NCBI GenBank assembly: GCA_021776095.1
Contig: JAJFGO010000118.1
Coordinates: forward strand, 1,045 to 65,044
Length of the DNA stretch: 64,000 nt
Reading direction: 5' to 3'
Origin: Kiloniellaceae bacterium
GTDB taxonomy: Bacteria > Pseudomonadota > Alphaproteobacteria > Kiloniellales > J153
The position numbers were made by a program, and so were the translations under genes. The notes under the pieces are model-generated. The model worked only from the letters and a program-made list of their open reading frames with translations. It did no database searches and was not told the origin of the DNA. Positions 50,701 through 61,155 of this stretch are shown piece after piece (the stretch's first letter is position 1; every line of letters begins with the position of its first letter).

Positions 50701-51921
50701 TTAGGCTTCGTAACGCTTGAAAGCGAGCGAAGCGTTGGTCCCGCCGAAGCCGAAGCTGTTGGACAGGACGCAATTCAGAGTCGCGTTGTCGACGCGGGTG
50801 CGCAGGATCGGTGCATCCCCGGCCTCCGGATCGAGGTTCTCGATATTTGCCGAGGCTGCCATAAAGCCGTGTTGCATCATCAGCAGTGAATAAATCGCCT
50901 CGTGCACGCCGGCGGCACCTTGTGCGTGACCGGTCAGGGATTTGGTCGAGCCGAGCGGCGGGAAATCCGCGCCGAAAACCTCGCGTACCGCCTGGATCTC
51001 GATCATGTCGCCAACCGGCGTCGAGGTGCCGTGCGCGTTGATGTAGTCGATCTTGATATTGCCCAACCCCGATAAAGCCTGGCGCATGCAACGCACGCCT
51101 CCCTCGCCCGAGGGGGCGACCATGTCGACACCGTCGGAGGTCGCGCCGTAGCCGACCAACTCGGCATAGATCTTGGCGCCGCGCGCGCGCGCGTGGTCGA
51201 GTTCCTCCAGGACCAAGGTGCCCGCGCCGCCGGAGATCACAAAGCCGTCGCGATCCACGTCATAGGGCCGCGAGGATTCTTCCGGCCGGTCGTTGTACTT
51301 GCTGGACAGGGCGCCCATGGCATCGAACAGGACGGTCAGGCTCCAGTGCACCTCCTCGCCGCCGCCGGCGAAGACGATGTCCTGCTTACCCATCTGAATC
51401 TGCTCGTAGCCATTGCCGATACAGTGCGCGCTGGTTGAGCAGGCGGAGCTGATGGAATAGCTGAGGCCCTTAATCTTGAAGGCGGTCGAGAGGTTGGCCG
51501 AGTTGGTGCTCGACATGCAGCGCGGCACCATATAAGGGCCGACGCGCTTCGGGCTCTTTTGTCGCGCGATATCGGCTGCGGCGACCTGGTTCGATGTCGA
51601 GGGGCCGCCCGAACCCATGATCAGGCCGGTCCGCTCGTTGGAGACCTCGTTATCCTCCAAGCCGGCGTCGGCGATCGCCTCGCGCATGGCAACATAGTTG
51701 AAGGCGGCGCCGTCGCCCATGAAGCGGCGGGTCTTGCGGTCGACCTCGTTGTCAAGGTCCAGCTTAATGTCGCCGTGGACATGGCTGCGGAACCCCATCT
51801 CCGCATAGGTATCGGCGAAGCGAATGCCGGAGCGCCCGGCCTTCAGGGACTCCAGAACCTCTTGCGCGTTGTTCCCAATACTCGAGACGGCTCCCAGCCC
51901 GGTCACGACGACACGGCGCAT
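50701..51921 (-). CDS. fabB: 3-oxoacyl-ACP synthase I
   Basis: [30 protein letters not shown]. Confidence 0.95.
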   Translation of the reverse strand: MRRVVVTGLGAVSSIGNNAQEVLESLKAGRSGIRFADTYAEMGFRSHVHGDIKLDLDNEVDRKTRRFMGDGAAFNYVAMREAIADAGLEDNEVSNERTGLIMGSGGPSTSNQVAAADIARQKSPKRVGPYMVPRCMSSTNSANLSTAFKIKGLSYSISSACSTSAHCIGNGYEQIQMGKQDIVFAGGGEEVHWSLTVLFDAMGALSSKYNDRPEESSRPYDVDRDGFVISGGAGTLVLEELDHARARGAKIYAELVGYGATSDGVDMVAPSGEGGVRCMRQALSGLGNIKIDYINAHGTSTPVGDMIEIQAVREVFGADFPPLGSTKSLTGHAQGAAGVHEAIYSLLMMQHGFMAASANIENLDPEAGDAPILRTRVDNATLNCVLSNSFGFGGTNASLAFKRYEA

Positions 51922-51946
51922 GCTATGTCCCTCCCTCGCCGCGCGC

Positions 51947-52477
51947 TCAGGCCGCGCCCGAGGCCGGCTGCGCGCTGCCGAACAAGCCGACCTTCAGCCC
52001 GTTCGCTTCATAGGCCGGCTCGCCGTCGACCAGCATGGCCCCGTCGGCGATGCCCATAACCAGCTTGCGCTGGATGACGCGGCGCAAATTCAATCGATAC
52101 GTGACCAGCTTGGCGTCGGGCTGAACCTGGTTGCTCAACTTCACCTCGCCTACGCCAAGGGCGCGGCCCCGGCCCGGGGCGCCGAGCCAGCCGAGGAAAA
52201 ACCCGACCAATTGCCACAAGGCGTCGAGCCCGAGGCAGCCCGGCATTACGGGATCGCCCTCGAAATGGCACTTGAAGAACCAGAGGTCCGGCTTGACGTC
52301 CAATTCGGCCAAGATTTCGCCCTTGCCGTGGGAGCCACCGGCTTCGCTGATCGTGGTGATGCGGTCGAACATCAGCATGGGCGGCAGCGGAAGCTGGGCA
52401 TTGCCCGGGCCGAACAGCTTACCGTGGGCGCATTCGATGAGGTCCGCATAAGCGTAACTACTTTTTCGTTGCTGCAA
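51947..52477 (-). CDS. fabA: 3-hydroxydecanoyl-ACP dehydratase/isomerase
   Basis: [26 protein letters not shown]; TTG at 52477. Confidence 0.95.
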   Translation of the reverse strand: MQQRKSSYAYADLIECAHGKLFGPGNAQLPLPPMLMFDRITTISEAGGSHGKGEILAELDVKPDLWFFKCHFEGDPVMPGCLGLDALWQLVGFFLGWLGAPGRGRALGVGEVKLSNQVQPDAKLVTYRLNLRRVIQRKLVMGIADGAMLVDGEPAYEANGLKVGLFGSAQPASGAA

Positions 52478-52792
52478 GGAAGCCCCCTCGGCGCAAGCGT
52501 TTCTGGCGGCGAAGCGCATAGGCCCACCACGGCGCGCGCCCGGCATGCCGCGCCGCGCGGTTCGCCGCGACTATAACACAAGGTGCCGCCGTGCGATCAA
52601 GCCGCGCGAACACCCCGATGCCGTCGGCAAGCCCATTTTTCCAGCCCTGATGGGCGGGGCTCTCAAAGGGCGCTTGGCCGCCGGATTTGGGGGTGCCTGC
52701 CCGACTGTTGCTCATTACACTTATTCCAAGAAAATGCCCAATTCACTGATTTTAAGCTTCAAATCGTAACCTAATGGGCCATATAATAGGCG

Positions 52793-53215
52793 ATGATAAT
52801 GCCACGCCCCTATTCCGCAACGATCGAACGGCTGAAGAGCGCCGGCTTGCGGCCAACCCGTCAGCGTTTGGCGCTCGCCAGGCTGTTGTTCGATCAGGGG
52901 GATCGGCATCTGACGGCGGAGCAGCTTCATGCCGAAGCGGCGGCCGAGCGCGTGCCGGTATCCCTGGCCACGGTCTATAATACCCTGCACCAGTTCACCG
53001 ATGCCGGGCTCTTGCGCGAGGTCGTGGTCGAGACCGGCCGGTCCTATTTCGACACCAATATCGAAGCGCATAGCCATTTTTTCCATCAGGATTCGGGCCG
53101 CTTGGAAGATATTTCCGAGGGTCAGGTCGCCCTGAGGAGCGTACCGGCGGCCCCGCCAGGCACTCAGATAACCTCCGTCGACATCATTATCCGGTTGTCA
53201 TCTGAAACAAAATAA
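52793..53215 (+). CDS. irr: Iron response regulator (Fur family)
   Basis: GLRPTRQR, RHLTAE, SLATVYNTLHQF, YFDTN..HSHF; divergent from fabA as is usual in alphaproteobacteria. Confidence 0.9.
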   Translation: MIMPRPYSATIERLKSAGLRPTRQRLALARLLFDQGDRHLTAEQLHAEAAAERVPVSLATVYNTLHQFTDAGLLREVVVETGRSYFDTNIEAHSHFFHQDSGRLEDISEGQVALRSVPAAPPGTQITSVDIIIRLSSETK

Positions 53216-53244
53216 CAACGGTTCGGCCGTGTGTTATTTTATTA

Positions 53245-53293
53245 TTTAGAATCGTTCCAAGGTATTGACACCCGCTGCTCGATACCCTATGTC
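53245..53293 (+). promoter_or_regulatory. ICE (Irr-binding) box adjacent to the sigma70 promoter of the rubrerythrin operon
   Basis: TTTAGAA-TCG-TTCCAAG at 53245-61, then TTGACA-N17-TATGTC. Confidence 0.75.
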
Positions 53294-53368
53294 GGTTATG
53301 CGGCCGGGGCGATCGCGCCCCTGGCCGCAAGGAAAGGCTTTGCGACATTCATTCCAAGGGAGGGCGCC

Positions 53369-53788
53369 ATGGCGCAGTTGAAGGGCTCGAAAACCGAACA
53401 GAATTTGAAGGACGCCTTTGCCGGCGAAAGTCAGGCCAACCGCCGTTATCTGTATTTCGCGCAAAAGGCCGATATCGAAGGCTACAACGACGTGGCTGCG
53501 GTTTTCCGCTCAACCGCCGAAGGCGAGACCGGCCACGCGCATGGCCATCTTCAGTTCCTCGAGGAGGTCGGCGACCCGGCGACCGGCGAGCCCATCGGCC
53601 CAACCGGTCTGAACCTCAAGGCGGCGATCGCGGGCGAGACTCACGAATACACCGACATGTATCCGGGCATGGCCCGCAGCGCCCGGGACGAGGGTTTCGA
53701 CGAGATCGCCGATTGGTTCGAAACCTTGGCAAAAGCTGAGAAGAGCCATGCCGGCCGGTTCCAGAAGGCATTCGACACGCTCTCCTGA
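53369..53788 (+). CDS. rbr: Short rubrerythrin (no rubredoxin domain)
   Basis: [36 protein letters not shown]. Confidence 0.93.
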   Translation: MAQLKGSKTEQNLKDAFAGESQANRRYLYFAQKADIEGYNDVAAVFRSTAEGETGHAHGHLQFLEEVGDPATGEPIGPTGLNLKAAIAGETHEYTDMYPGMARSARDEGFDEIADWFETLAKAEKSHAGRFQKAFDTLS

Positions 53789-53808
53789 GCCTGTTTCCGG
53801 CGTTAATG

Positions 53809-53840
53809 TTCCAGGGGCGGGCTTCGGGCCGCCCCTGGAA
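53809..53840 (+). other. Intercistronic 12-bp perfect hairpin
   Basis: TTCCAGGGGCGG-N8-CCGCCCCTGGAA; no U-tract. Confidence 0.7.
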
Positions 53841-53928
53841 ATCACATCATAGATATCCGCGGCGGAACGGCATGGCCCGGCGAAAAGGCGTGTGTGCCGC
53901 CGGCCGGCAAGCGGGAGAACCTGACACC

Positions 53929-55284
53929 ATGAGCGAAGGCGGCCTGCAGGCGCCGATTCGACATCCGATCGATTGGCAAAATCCGGATTTCTGCGATCCG
54001 GCGAAGATCGACGAGGCGCTTCGGCGTGTCTTCGACATTTGCCATGGCTGCCGGCGCTGCTTCAATCTCTGCGATTCCTTCCCGAAACTTTTCGATCTGA
54101 TCGACGAATCGGAATCCGGCGAACTGGACACGGTGGACAGCGCCGACTTTAAGCCGGTGGTCGATGCCTGCACCCTGTGCGACATGTGCTTCATGGTCAG
54201 CTGCCCCTATGTGCCACCGCACGAATTCAACCTGGACTTCCCCCATCTCATGTTGCGTTACCGGGTCGCCGAGATCCGCCGGGGCAAGACCGGCGGCCTG
54301 GAAGGGGAACTCTCCAAGACCGACCGCAACGGCAAGTTGGCCGGCTTGGCCCCGGGTCTGGCGAACTGGGCCAGCGATACCGGGAACGGCCTGACCCGCC
54401 CGATCCTGGAAAAGGCCGCCCATGTGCATCGCGAGGCCGAGTTGCCGAAGTTCCACGGCAAGACCTTCGCGAAAAGCGCCAAAACGGATGCGCCGACTGT
54501 CAATACCGGGGCCCCGGCCCACGGCCGCAAGGCGGTGCTCTACGCCACTTGCTTCGTCAATTACAACAACCCCGGGATCGGCCAGGCAGCCCAAGCGGTC
54601 CTGGCCAAGAACGGCGTGGAGACCGAGGTGGTCTATCCGGCATGCTGCGGCATGCCGCAGCTGGAGCGCGGCGAGGTCGAGAAGGTGGCGCAAAGCGCCA
54701 AGCACATCGCGGCGGAGCTCAAGCCGTGGATCGAGAAGGGCTATGACGTAATCGCGCTGACTCCCTCCTGCGCGCTCATGCTCAAGTTCGAATGGCGCCT
54801 GCTTCTGCCCGGCGACGAAGATATCGAGCGTCTGGCCCGCGCGACCTCCGATATCGCCGAGTACGTAGTTGGGATCGCAAAGAAAGAAGGCTTGGCCGAT
54901 GGGCTGAAACCGCTCGACGGCGGCGTTGCCCTGCACATGGCCTGCCACGCCCGGGCCCAGAACATCGGCGCCAAGGCGGCCGAGATGTTGCGCTTGGTGC
55001 CGGAAGCCGAGGTCGCGGTGATCGAACGCTGTTCCGGCCACGGCGGCTCCTGGGGGGTCATGAAGCAACACTTCGAGACCGCGCTCAAGGTCGGCAAGCC
55101 TGCCGCGCGCCAGGCGGCGAAAAGCGGCAAGGCCTACCTGGCCTCCGAATGCCCCTTGGCCGGCGCGCATATCATGCAAGGCGTCGAGCGCCTGGACCTG
55201 GAGCCAAAACCCAGCTTCACCGAATCGCGGCACCCGATCGAACTCTTCGCCCAGGCCTACGGCTTGGCCCGGCCCGGCGCTTGA
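53929..55284 (+). CDS. Rubrerythrin-associated Fe-S oxidoreductase (GlpC/HdrD-like)
   Basis: CHGCRRCFNLC, CTLCDMC..SCP, CCG-type domains (ACCG, RCSG). Confidence 0.9.
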   Translation: MSEGGLQAPIRHPIDWQNPDFCDPAKIDEALRRVFDICHGCRRCFNLCDSFPKLFDLIDESESGELDTVDSADFKPVVDACTLCDMCFMVSCPYVPPHEFNLDFPHLMLRYRVAEIRRGKTGGLEGELSKTDRNGKLAGLAPGLANWASDTGNGLTRPILEKAAHVHREAELPKFHGKTFAKSAKTDAPTVNTGAPAHGRKAVLYATCFVNYNNPGIGQAAQAVLAKNGVETEVVYPACCGMPQLERGEVEKVAQSAKHIAAELKPWIEKGYDVIALTPSCALMLKFEWRLLLPGDEDIERLARATSDIAEYVVGIAKKEGLADGLKPLDGGVALHMACHARAQNIGAKAAEMLRLVPEAEVAVIERCSGHGGSWGVMKQHFETALKVGKPAARQAAKSGKAYLASECPLAGAHIMQGVERLDLEPKPSFTESRHPIELFAQAYGLARPGA

Positions 55285-55301
55285 AGGAGGCGCGCGAGAC
55301 C

Positions 55302-55892
55302 ATGATCGCCAAACACGAAATAACCCGCGACGACATCATGCCCATGGAGCGCTACACGGTTGAGCGCAAGGAACGCCGCCGCGCTCTGGTCGAGGCCAAG
55401 CGCAACCGACGCCTGGAGGTTGGCCCGGTTTGTAGCTTCTATTTCGAAAACTACGAGACCATGTGGAACCAGATCCACGAGATGCTGTTCATCGAAAAGG
55501 GCGGAGAGGCGCAGATCGCCGACGAGTTATCCGCCTACAACCCGCTTATCCCTAAGGGCCGGGAACTGGTCGCGACCGTGATGTTCGAGATGGACGATCC
55601 CGTGCGCCGACAGGCCTTGCTTGCCAAGCTGGGTGGAGTCGAAGAAACCGCCTTCATTCAAATCGCGGGAGAGTCCGTGACCGGTCGACCGGAAGAGGAC
55701 TTGGACCGCACCAATGCCTCGGGCAAGGCGTCCTCCGTTCAGTTCATCCATTTTCCCTTCACCGATGCACAGGTGGACGCCTTCCGCGCGCCCGGCGCGC
55801 AGGTCGTGGTCGGTTTCAAGCATCCGCACTACGGCCACATGTCGGCCATGCCCGAAGAGGTCCGCGCGGCCCTCGCCGAGGATTTCGATTAA
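55302..55892 (+). CDS. DUF3501 family protein
   Basis: QIHEMLFIE, YNPLIP, ELVATVMFE, KASSVQF; AAGGAGG RBS. Confidence 0.85.
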   Translation: MIAKHEITRDDIMPMERYTVERKERRRALVEAKRNRRLEVGPVCSFYFENYETMWNQIHEMLFIEKGGEAQIADELSAYNPLIPKGRELVATVMFEMDDPVRRQALLAKLGGVEETAFIQIAGESVTGRPEEDLDRTNASGKASSVQFIHFPFTDAQVDAFRAPGAQVVVGFKHPHYGHMSAMPEEVRAALAEDFD

Positions 55893-55899
55893 GTCCTCT

Positions 55900-56477
55900 T
55901 TACGCCTTGGTGTGTTGGGCCCCGCAGCCTTGCAGAACCACGGCGGATAGGCCGGCGCTCGCGGCGAGCTCTGCAAAGGCTCGTATATCGATCCACTTTC
56001 CGGAGATTCTGGCGCCCTCGTTCCGCGCTCGCCTTGAAGGCGCGTGGTTAAGTGGCTGGATCAATAGAGCTACCGCCAAGCCTAGTCCGGAGACCGCGAG
56101 AATTGAGGTTCGCCAGGACCAAATTTCCGCGAGAAGCGGGAGGCAGAGCCCGGCCAGGATCGCTCCGGCGGGTGCACCGGCCTACTTGATCGAGAAGGCC
56201 AGGCTCATCCGTCCGCGCGGGACGGCGGCATGAAGGAGGACCGCACCGCCAAGCTGTAGGGTTCTGATAGAACCTGCCCGATAGACGATACCAGTGCCGA
56301 GAAGATAGAACGCGACAGCACCCGCCGCGACGGCGGACGAGTAATACCCTATGTGGGTTGCCGGAACGCCCGCCTCGGCAGTGATCACGGGCCCAGTCTG
56401 GGAACGGCCATGTCGGCCGCGCTGGTGACAACCTGAACGGAAAGCGCGATCGAAAGTGGGGTAACCCAGGGTTTCAT
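55900..56477 (-). pseudogene. Degraded MFS transporter
   Basis: ATG 56477 with GAGG RBS; frameshift near 56390; AFSIK*AGAPAGAILAG with TAG at 56182-84; hydrophobic helices; truncated. Confidence 0.6.
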
Positions 56478-56516
56478 GCTACCTCGCCAGCATAGTCTAT
56501 GGCGCGGTCAATGTTT

Positions 56517-56540
56517 ACAATTGAATAACTGTTCAATTGT
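56517..56540. promoter_or_regulatory. ArsR/SmtB-type operator
   Basis: ACAATTGAA-TAACTG-TTCAATTGT inverted repeat; the minus strand contains TGAACAGTTATTCA. Confidence 0.8.
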
Positions 56541-56619
56541 TATATATGTATGAGCGTCCGGTGTGCGCTTGGTCTCGTTTAGCGCCGGACCAACCCCAAA
56601 ACCCCTTGGCGGGCGTGCC

Positions 56620-56928
56620 ATGACGACCCTTGCCGCAATGACCCAGGATCACACCGCCGAGTTGGCCGAGGTTTTCCACCTTATGGGAGACCCGAGCCGT
56701 CTGGGCATTCTCATGCTGATCATGGATCAGCCATGCTCGGTCGGCGAGATCGCGGCGCGAACCGGCCATTCGGTTTCCCTGGTCAGTCATCATCTGCGCC
56801 TACTGCGCGCGCGCCGCCTGGTGCGCGGCGAACGGCGCGGCAAGCAGGTCTTCTACAGCTTGGATGACGCTCATGTGCGATCGGTGCTGCACGACATGGC
56901 GGAACACATGCGTGAGGAGGCGCCTTAA
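56620..56928 (+). CDS. ArsR/SmtB metal-sensing repressor with an alpha5 site
   Basis: GDPSRLGIL, VSHHLRLLR, DAH-x10-HMRE (DxHx10Hx2E). Confidence 0.9.
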   Translation: MTTLAAMTQDHTAELAEVFHLMGDPSRLGILMLIMDQPCSVGEIAARTGHSVSLVSHHLRLLRARRLVRGERRGKQVFYSLDDAHVRSVLHDMAEHMREEAP

Positions 56929-56929
56929 C

Positions 56930-57559
56930 GTGGCCGGCGGTTGCTGCAATCATTTGCCAAGCGGGCCAATGCTGCGCACCCAGCGCCGGGCCTTGGTGGC
57001 GGTGCTTGCGATCAACCTGGGTATGTTCCTGACCGAGGCCGCCGCCGGCTGGTCGGCCGAATCTGTCGCGCTTCAGGCCGATGCCTTGGATTTTCTGGGC
57101 GATTCCGCGAACTACGCCTTGGCGCTCTTCGTTCTGGGACGCTCGCTGTCCTGGCGCGCCGGGACAGCCTTAATCAAGGGGCTGGCCATGAGCGCATTCG
57201 GCCTCTTCGTGCTGGGTGCCACGCTATATCACGCGCTCGTGGGCTCCGAGCCACAGGCCCATGTCATGGGCTGGGTTGGGGCCTTGGCGCTCGCCGCCAA
57301 TGTCGTCTGTACCCTTATCTTGTTCCGCTTTCGCGACGGGGACGCCAATTTGCGCGCGGTCTGGCTGTGCAGCCGCAACGACGCCCTCGGCAACCTGGCC
57401 GTCATGGGCGCGGCGCTCAGCGTCTTTGCCACCGGCACGGCCTGGCCCGACCTCGCGGTTGGCTTGGTTATGGCGTCCTTGGCGCTTTGGGCCGGGCAGT
57501 CTGTGGTGCGCCAGGCCCTGGGCGAACTGCACACAGCCCGAAGTGTGCCCGCGGAATAA
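56930..57559 (+). CDS. Cation diffusion facilitator lacking the C-terminal domain
   Basis: SVALQADALDFLGD, WLCSRNDA, WPDLAVG; only about 209 aa. Confidence 0.85.
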   Translation: MAGGCCNHLPSGPMLRTQRRALVAVLAINLGMFLTEAAAGWSAESVALQADALDFLGDSANYALALFVLGRSLSWRAGTALIKGLAMSAFGLFVLGATLYHALVGSEPQAHVMGWVGALALAANVVCTLILFRFRDGDANLRAVWLCSRNDALGNLAVMGAALSVFATGTAWPDLAVGLVMASLALWAGQSVVRQALGELHTARSVPAE

Positions 57560-57574
57560 GCGGGCGCTGGCCGG

Positions 57575-58117
57575 CTAGCGAATGGATTCGCCGGGATACA
57601 GGCCGTAAACGTCGATCCGGCGAACCCAGCCGGAGGTGTCCTGGACCTCGATGAAGCACCAGACATCGGCGCAACGCTCGAGGTTGGCGATCACCCCCGG
57701 CGCGAGCAAGGCGACCCCGGCCGCCGCCGGGTCGGGCTTGTTGCGCAAGAGGCGCTGCTTGTCACGCACCATGACCTTGCGTTCACCGCTCAGCATGCTC
57801 TGGTGTACCCAGCCCACGCTGCCCTCCCAATCGCGCACCTGGCGCCAGGTCTCGAATTCGTCGAGCACCTCAAGGGGCAAACCGGCCCGGTTGTAGACCC
57901 ATTCGATGGGATAGCGCACCCCCGGACCGGTCCGCAGGTTGACCTTGGGGGCGCGCAGCGACACAAAGCGCGGCAAGGCCAGCCCGCTCGCGCCCAGGCT
58001 CTCTTCCCCGGCCTTGGCCTGCTTGTCCGCCGCGGTCTGGGCGCTCAGCGGGGCCGACAGCGCGGCCAGCATGAACAGAGCCGAGGCGGCGCCGAGAAGT
58101 TTGATCGAAACGGACAT
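57575..58117 (-). CDS. Secreted tandem bacterial SH3 domain protein
   Basis: Signal peptide; LPRFVSL..KVNLRTGPG, WRQVRD..GWVH, second repeat GWV. Confidence 0.88.
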   Translation of the reverse strand: MSVSIKLLGAASALFMLAALSAPLSAQTAADKQAKAGEESLGASGLALPRFVSLRAPKVNLRTGPGVRYPIEWVYNRAGLPLEVLDEFETWRQVRDWEGSVGWVHQSMLSGERKVMVRDKQRLLRNKPDPAAAGVALLAPGVIANLERCADVWCFIEVQDTSGWVRRIDVYGLYPGESIR

Positions 58118-58408
58118 GGGTCCCGTGTGCTTTCAAGTCCATGGCGCGCGCGGCCGAACGGGGGGCGCCGCGTCGCCCCCAACTAAGCCTGCCGCCTCGC
58201 CAGCGTCAAGGGTGGGAACGCTGGTCGGTGTCAAAGGTGGGATCGCGCCCTGCTGCGCGGTATCCGCCCTTTGACCCCGGCAAACCGGGCTAAACAGCGG
58301 CGCACCCTGGACAAAGGTAGCGCCCGCCTGCTATGGCAGACACCCCAATCCGGCCCCACTTTGACCCGCATGGCGGGCCCGCCCGGCCCGGCCGAGAACG
58401 GAGCTGAC

Positions 58409-59395
58409 ATGACCACAAAGCGGCCTTCGGTCATTGTTACCAGGCGACTGCCCGACGTCATCGAAACCCGGATGATGGAGCTGTTCGACTGCCGCCTGAA
58501 CGAGGATGACACCCCCATGAACCACGGGGCCCTGGTCCAGGCCATGCAAGAGACCGAAATCCTAGTGCCAACCGTTACTGATCGCATCGACGCCGCCGCG
58601 CTGACCCAAGCCGGGGACAAGTTGAAGCTGATCGCCTCCTTCGGCACCGGGGTCGATCACATCGATCTGAAAACCGCGCGTCAGCGCGGCATTACCGTGA
58701 CCAACACCCCCGGCGTCCTGACCGAGGACACGGCCGACATGACCATGGCCATGATCCTGGCCTTGCCGCGCCGGCTTAGCGAGGGCGAACGCCTGGTGCG
58801 CTCCGGCCTGTGGCGAGGTTGGGGCCCGACCTCCATGCAGGGCCACCGCATCTGGGGCAAGCGACTGGGCATCATCGGCATGGGCCGTATCGGTCAGGCG
58901 GTCGCCCGCCGGGCCAAGGGCTTCGGCCTTTCGGTTCACTATCACAACCGGCGCCGGGTCCATCCCGACATCGAAGCGGAGCTCGAGGCGACCTATTGGG
59001 AGAGCCTGGATCAGATGCTGTCGCGCATGGACATCGTCTCGGTCCACTGCCCGCACACGCCGGCGACCTATCACTTGTTGTCGGCGCGCCGTCTGAAGCT
59101 GTTGCCGGAGCATGCCTATATCGTGAACACCAGCCGCGGCGAGGTGATCGACGAGAACGCTTTGGCGCGCGGTCTGGAGGCGGGCGAAATTGCCGGCGCA
59201 GCGCTCGACGTCTTCGAGCACGAGCCGGCGGTCAATCCCAAGCTGCTGAAGATGGAAAACGTGATGCTACTGCCGCACATGGGCTCGGCCACCATCGAGG
59301 GCCGCATCGCCATGGGCGAAAAGGTCATCATCAACATCAAGACCTTCGCCGACGGCCACACGCCGCCCGACCGCGTGATCGAAACCATGTTCTAG
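58409..59395 (+). CDS. D-2-hydroxyacid dehydrogenase (glyoxylate reductase-like)
   Basis: GIIGMGRIG, NTSRG, LDVFEHEP, PHMGSAT. Confidence 0.92.
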   Translation: MTTKRPSVIVTRRLPDVIETRMMELFDCRLNEDDTPMNHGALVQAMQETEILVPTVTDRIDAAALTQAGDKLKLIASFGTGVDHIDLKTARQRGITVTNTPGVLTEDTADMTMAMILALPRRLSEGERLVRSGLWRGWGPTSMQGHRIWGKRLGIIGMGRIGQAVARRAKGFGLSVHYHNRRRVHPDIEAELEATYWESLDQMLSRMDIVSVHCPHTPATYHLLSARRLKLLPEHAYIVNTSRGEVIDENALARGLEAGEIAGAALDVFEHEPAVNPKLLKMENVMLLPHMGSATIEGRIAMGEKVIINIKTFADGHTPPDRVIETMF

Positions 59396-59483
59396 GTTTC
59401 CGTTCCGCGGGGTCAGGGCGCGCCGATCGGCATAAGCATGGGCGGCATTGGCTTGGCGGACACGCCGGAGAAAGGTTCGCACA

Positions 59484-60242
59484 ATGACGGATCGGCATAA
59501 GTTTGCCCTGGTGACAGGCGCGGGCAGCGGTATCGGGCGCTCGGCCGCCCTGGCGCTGCTGCGCGACGGCTTCAAGGTCGCGCTGGTCGGGCGGCGGGCC
59601 GAAGCCCTTGAAGAAACCCAAGGGCAAGCCGGCGATCTGGCCAAGTATACCCTCGCGCTGCCGTGCGACGTCACCGACCCGGCGGCGGTGCGCGCGCTTT
59701 TCGGCGCCACCCTGGAGGCCTTCGGCCGCCTCGACGTCCTGTTTAACAATGCCGGTGCCGGCGCGCCGCCCGTACCCTTCGAGGACTTGACCCCTGCGCA
59801 ATGGCAGGCGGTGGTCGCGGTTAATTTGACCGGCAGCTTCCTGTGCGCGCAGGAGGCGATCAAGATCATGAAGGCGCAAGACCCGCGCGGTGGTCGTATC
59901 GTCAACAACGGATCCATTTCCGCGCACGCGCCCCGGCCCAACTCGGCGCCCTATACCGCGACCAAGCACGCCATCACCGGCCTGACCAAATCCATCTCGC
60001 TCGATTGCCGCAAGTACGATATCGCCTGCGGTCAGATCGATATCGGCAACGCCGCGACGGAAATGACCGATCGCATGACCCAGGGCGTGCCTCAGGCTGA
60101 CGGCCGAATCGCGGTAGAGCCGCGCATGGATGTGGAGGAGGTCGGCCGCGCAATCGTCTTCATGGCCGGTCTGCCCCTGGACTCGAACGTCCAGACCATG
60201 ACCATCATGGCGACCAAGATGCCGTTCGTTGGGCGCGGCTAG
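59484..60242 (+). CDS. SDR-family oxidoreductase
   Basis: [17 protein letters not shown]. Confidence 0.92.
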   Translation: MTDRHKFALVTGAGSGIGRSAALALLRDGFKVALVGRRAEALEETQGQAGDLAKYTLALPCDVTDPAAVRALFGATLEAFGRLDVLFNNAGAGAPPVPFEDLTPAQWQAVVAVNLTGSFLCAQEAIKIMKAQDPRGGRIVNNGSISAHAPRPNSAPYTATKHAITGLTKSISLDCRKYDIACGQIDIGNAATEMTDRMTQGVPQADGRIAVEPRMDVEEVGRAIVFMAGLPLDSNVQTMTIMATKMPFVGRG

Positions 60243-61066
60243 ACCGCGCAGACCGGCTCGAGGTAAGCGGCGCTGTCGAGCGTGCGGATGGTTGCCTGCG
60301 GGCCGCATAGGGGACAGGCCGGGTCGGCCTTGGTCTTGATCTTGCGGAAGGTCGCGCCGAGCGCGTCGTAGAGCAGGAGCTTGCCGGACAGGCTCTCGCC
60401 GATGCCGAGCAGTTCCTTGATGACTTCGACCGCCTGAAGCGAGCCCATGGTGCCGGCCAGGGCGCCGATGACCCCGACATCGGCGCAGGATTGCTTCGGG
60501 TCGCCGGGCTGGTCGCCGAAGATGCAGCGATAGCAGGGCTGCGCCTCAGGTGTGTCCGCGGCCCGGGTGTGCGCCTTGAAGGTCGCAATTTGCCCGTCGA
60601 AGCGCATGATCGCGGCTGAGACCAGAGTCTTGCCGGCTAGATAGCAGGCGTCGTTCAACAGGAACCGGGTCGGAAAATTGTCCGAGCCGTCGGCCACCAG
60701 GTCATAACCGCGAATCAGATCCAGCGCATTGCCGGCGGTGAGACGCGCGCCGTCGCGCACGACCTTGACCTCGGGATTGACCTCGGCCAGGCGGGCCGCC
60801 GCGCTCTCGATCTTGGCCGTGCCGACCGACGAGGTATCGTGCAGCACTTGGCGTTGCAGGTTGGAGAGATCGACTGTGTCGTCGTCGACCACGCCCAAGG
60901 TTCCGACTCCGGCGGCGGCCAGATACAGGAGCAAAGGCGAGCCCAGGCCGCCGGCTCCGATCACCAGCACCTTGGCCGCCAGCAGACGCGCCTGACCGTC
61001 CTCACCGATCTCGGGCAAGACCAGGTGGCGGGCATAGCGATGGATCTGGTCGTCGCTGAAGTCCAT
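60239..61066 (-). CDS. moeB: Molybdopterin-synthase adenylyltransferase
   Basis: RYARHL, GAGGLG, SNLQRQ, CYRC, CPLC. Confidence 0.9.
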   Translation of the reverse strand: MDFSDDQIHRYARHLVLPEIGEDGQARLLAAKVLVIGAGGLGSPLLLYLAAAGVGTLGVVDDDTVDLSNLQRQVLHDTSSVGTAKIESAAARLAEVNPEVKVVRDGARLTAGNALDLIRGYDLVADGSDNFPTRFLLNDACYLAGKTLVSAAIMRFDGQIATFKAHTRAADTPEAQPCYRCIFGDQPGDPKQSCADVGVIGALAGTMGSLQAVEVIKELLGIGESLSGKLLLYDALGATFRKIKTKADPACPLCGPQATIRTLDSAAYLEPVCAV

Positions 61067-61155
61067 GGCGGGATAATGGGGAGCCGCCCGGCCCCTGTCA
61101 AAGCGCCAAGGGGCTTGACCGCCACCCCGCTGCAGACGGGCCGGCAGGTGCCCAA

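Noticed and set aside
53842-55233. 463-aa antisense ORF
   Set aside because: Shadow of the Fe-S oxidoreductase gene.
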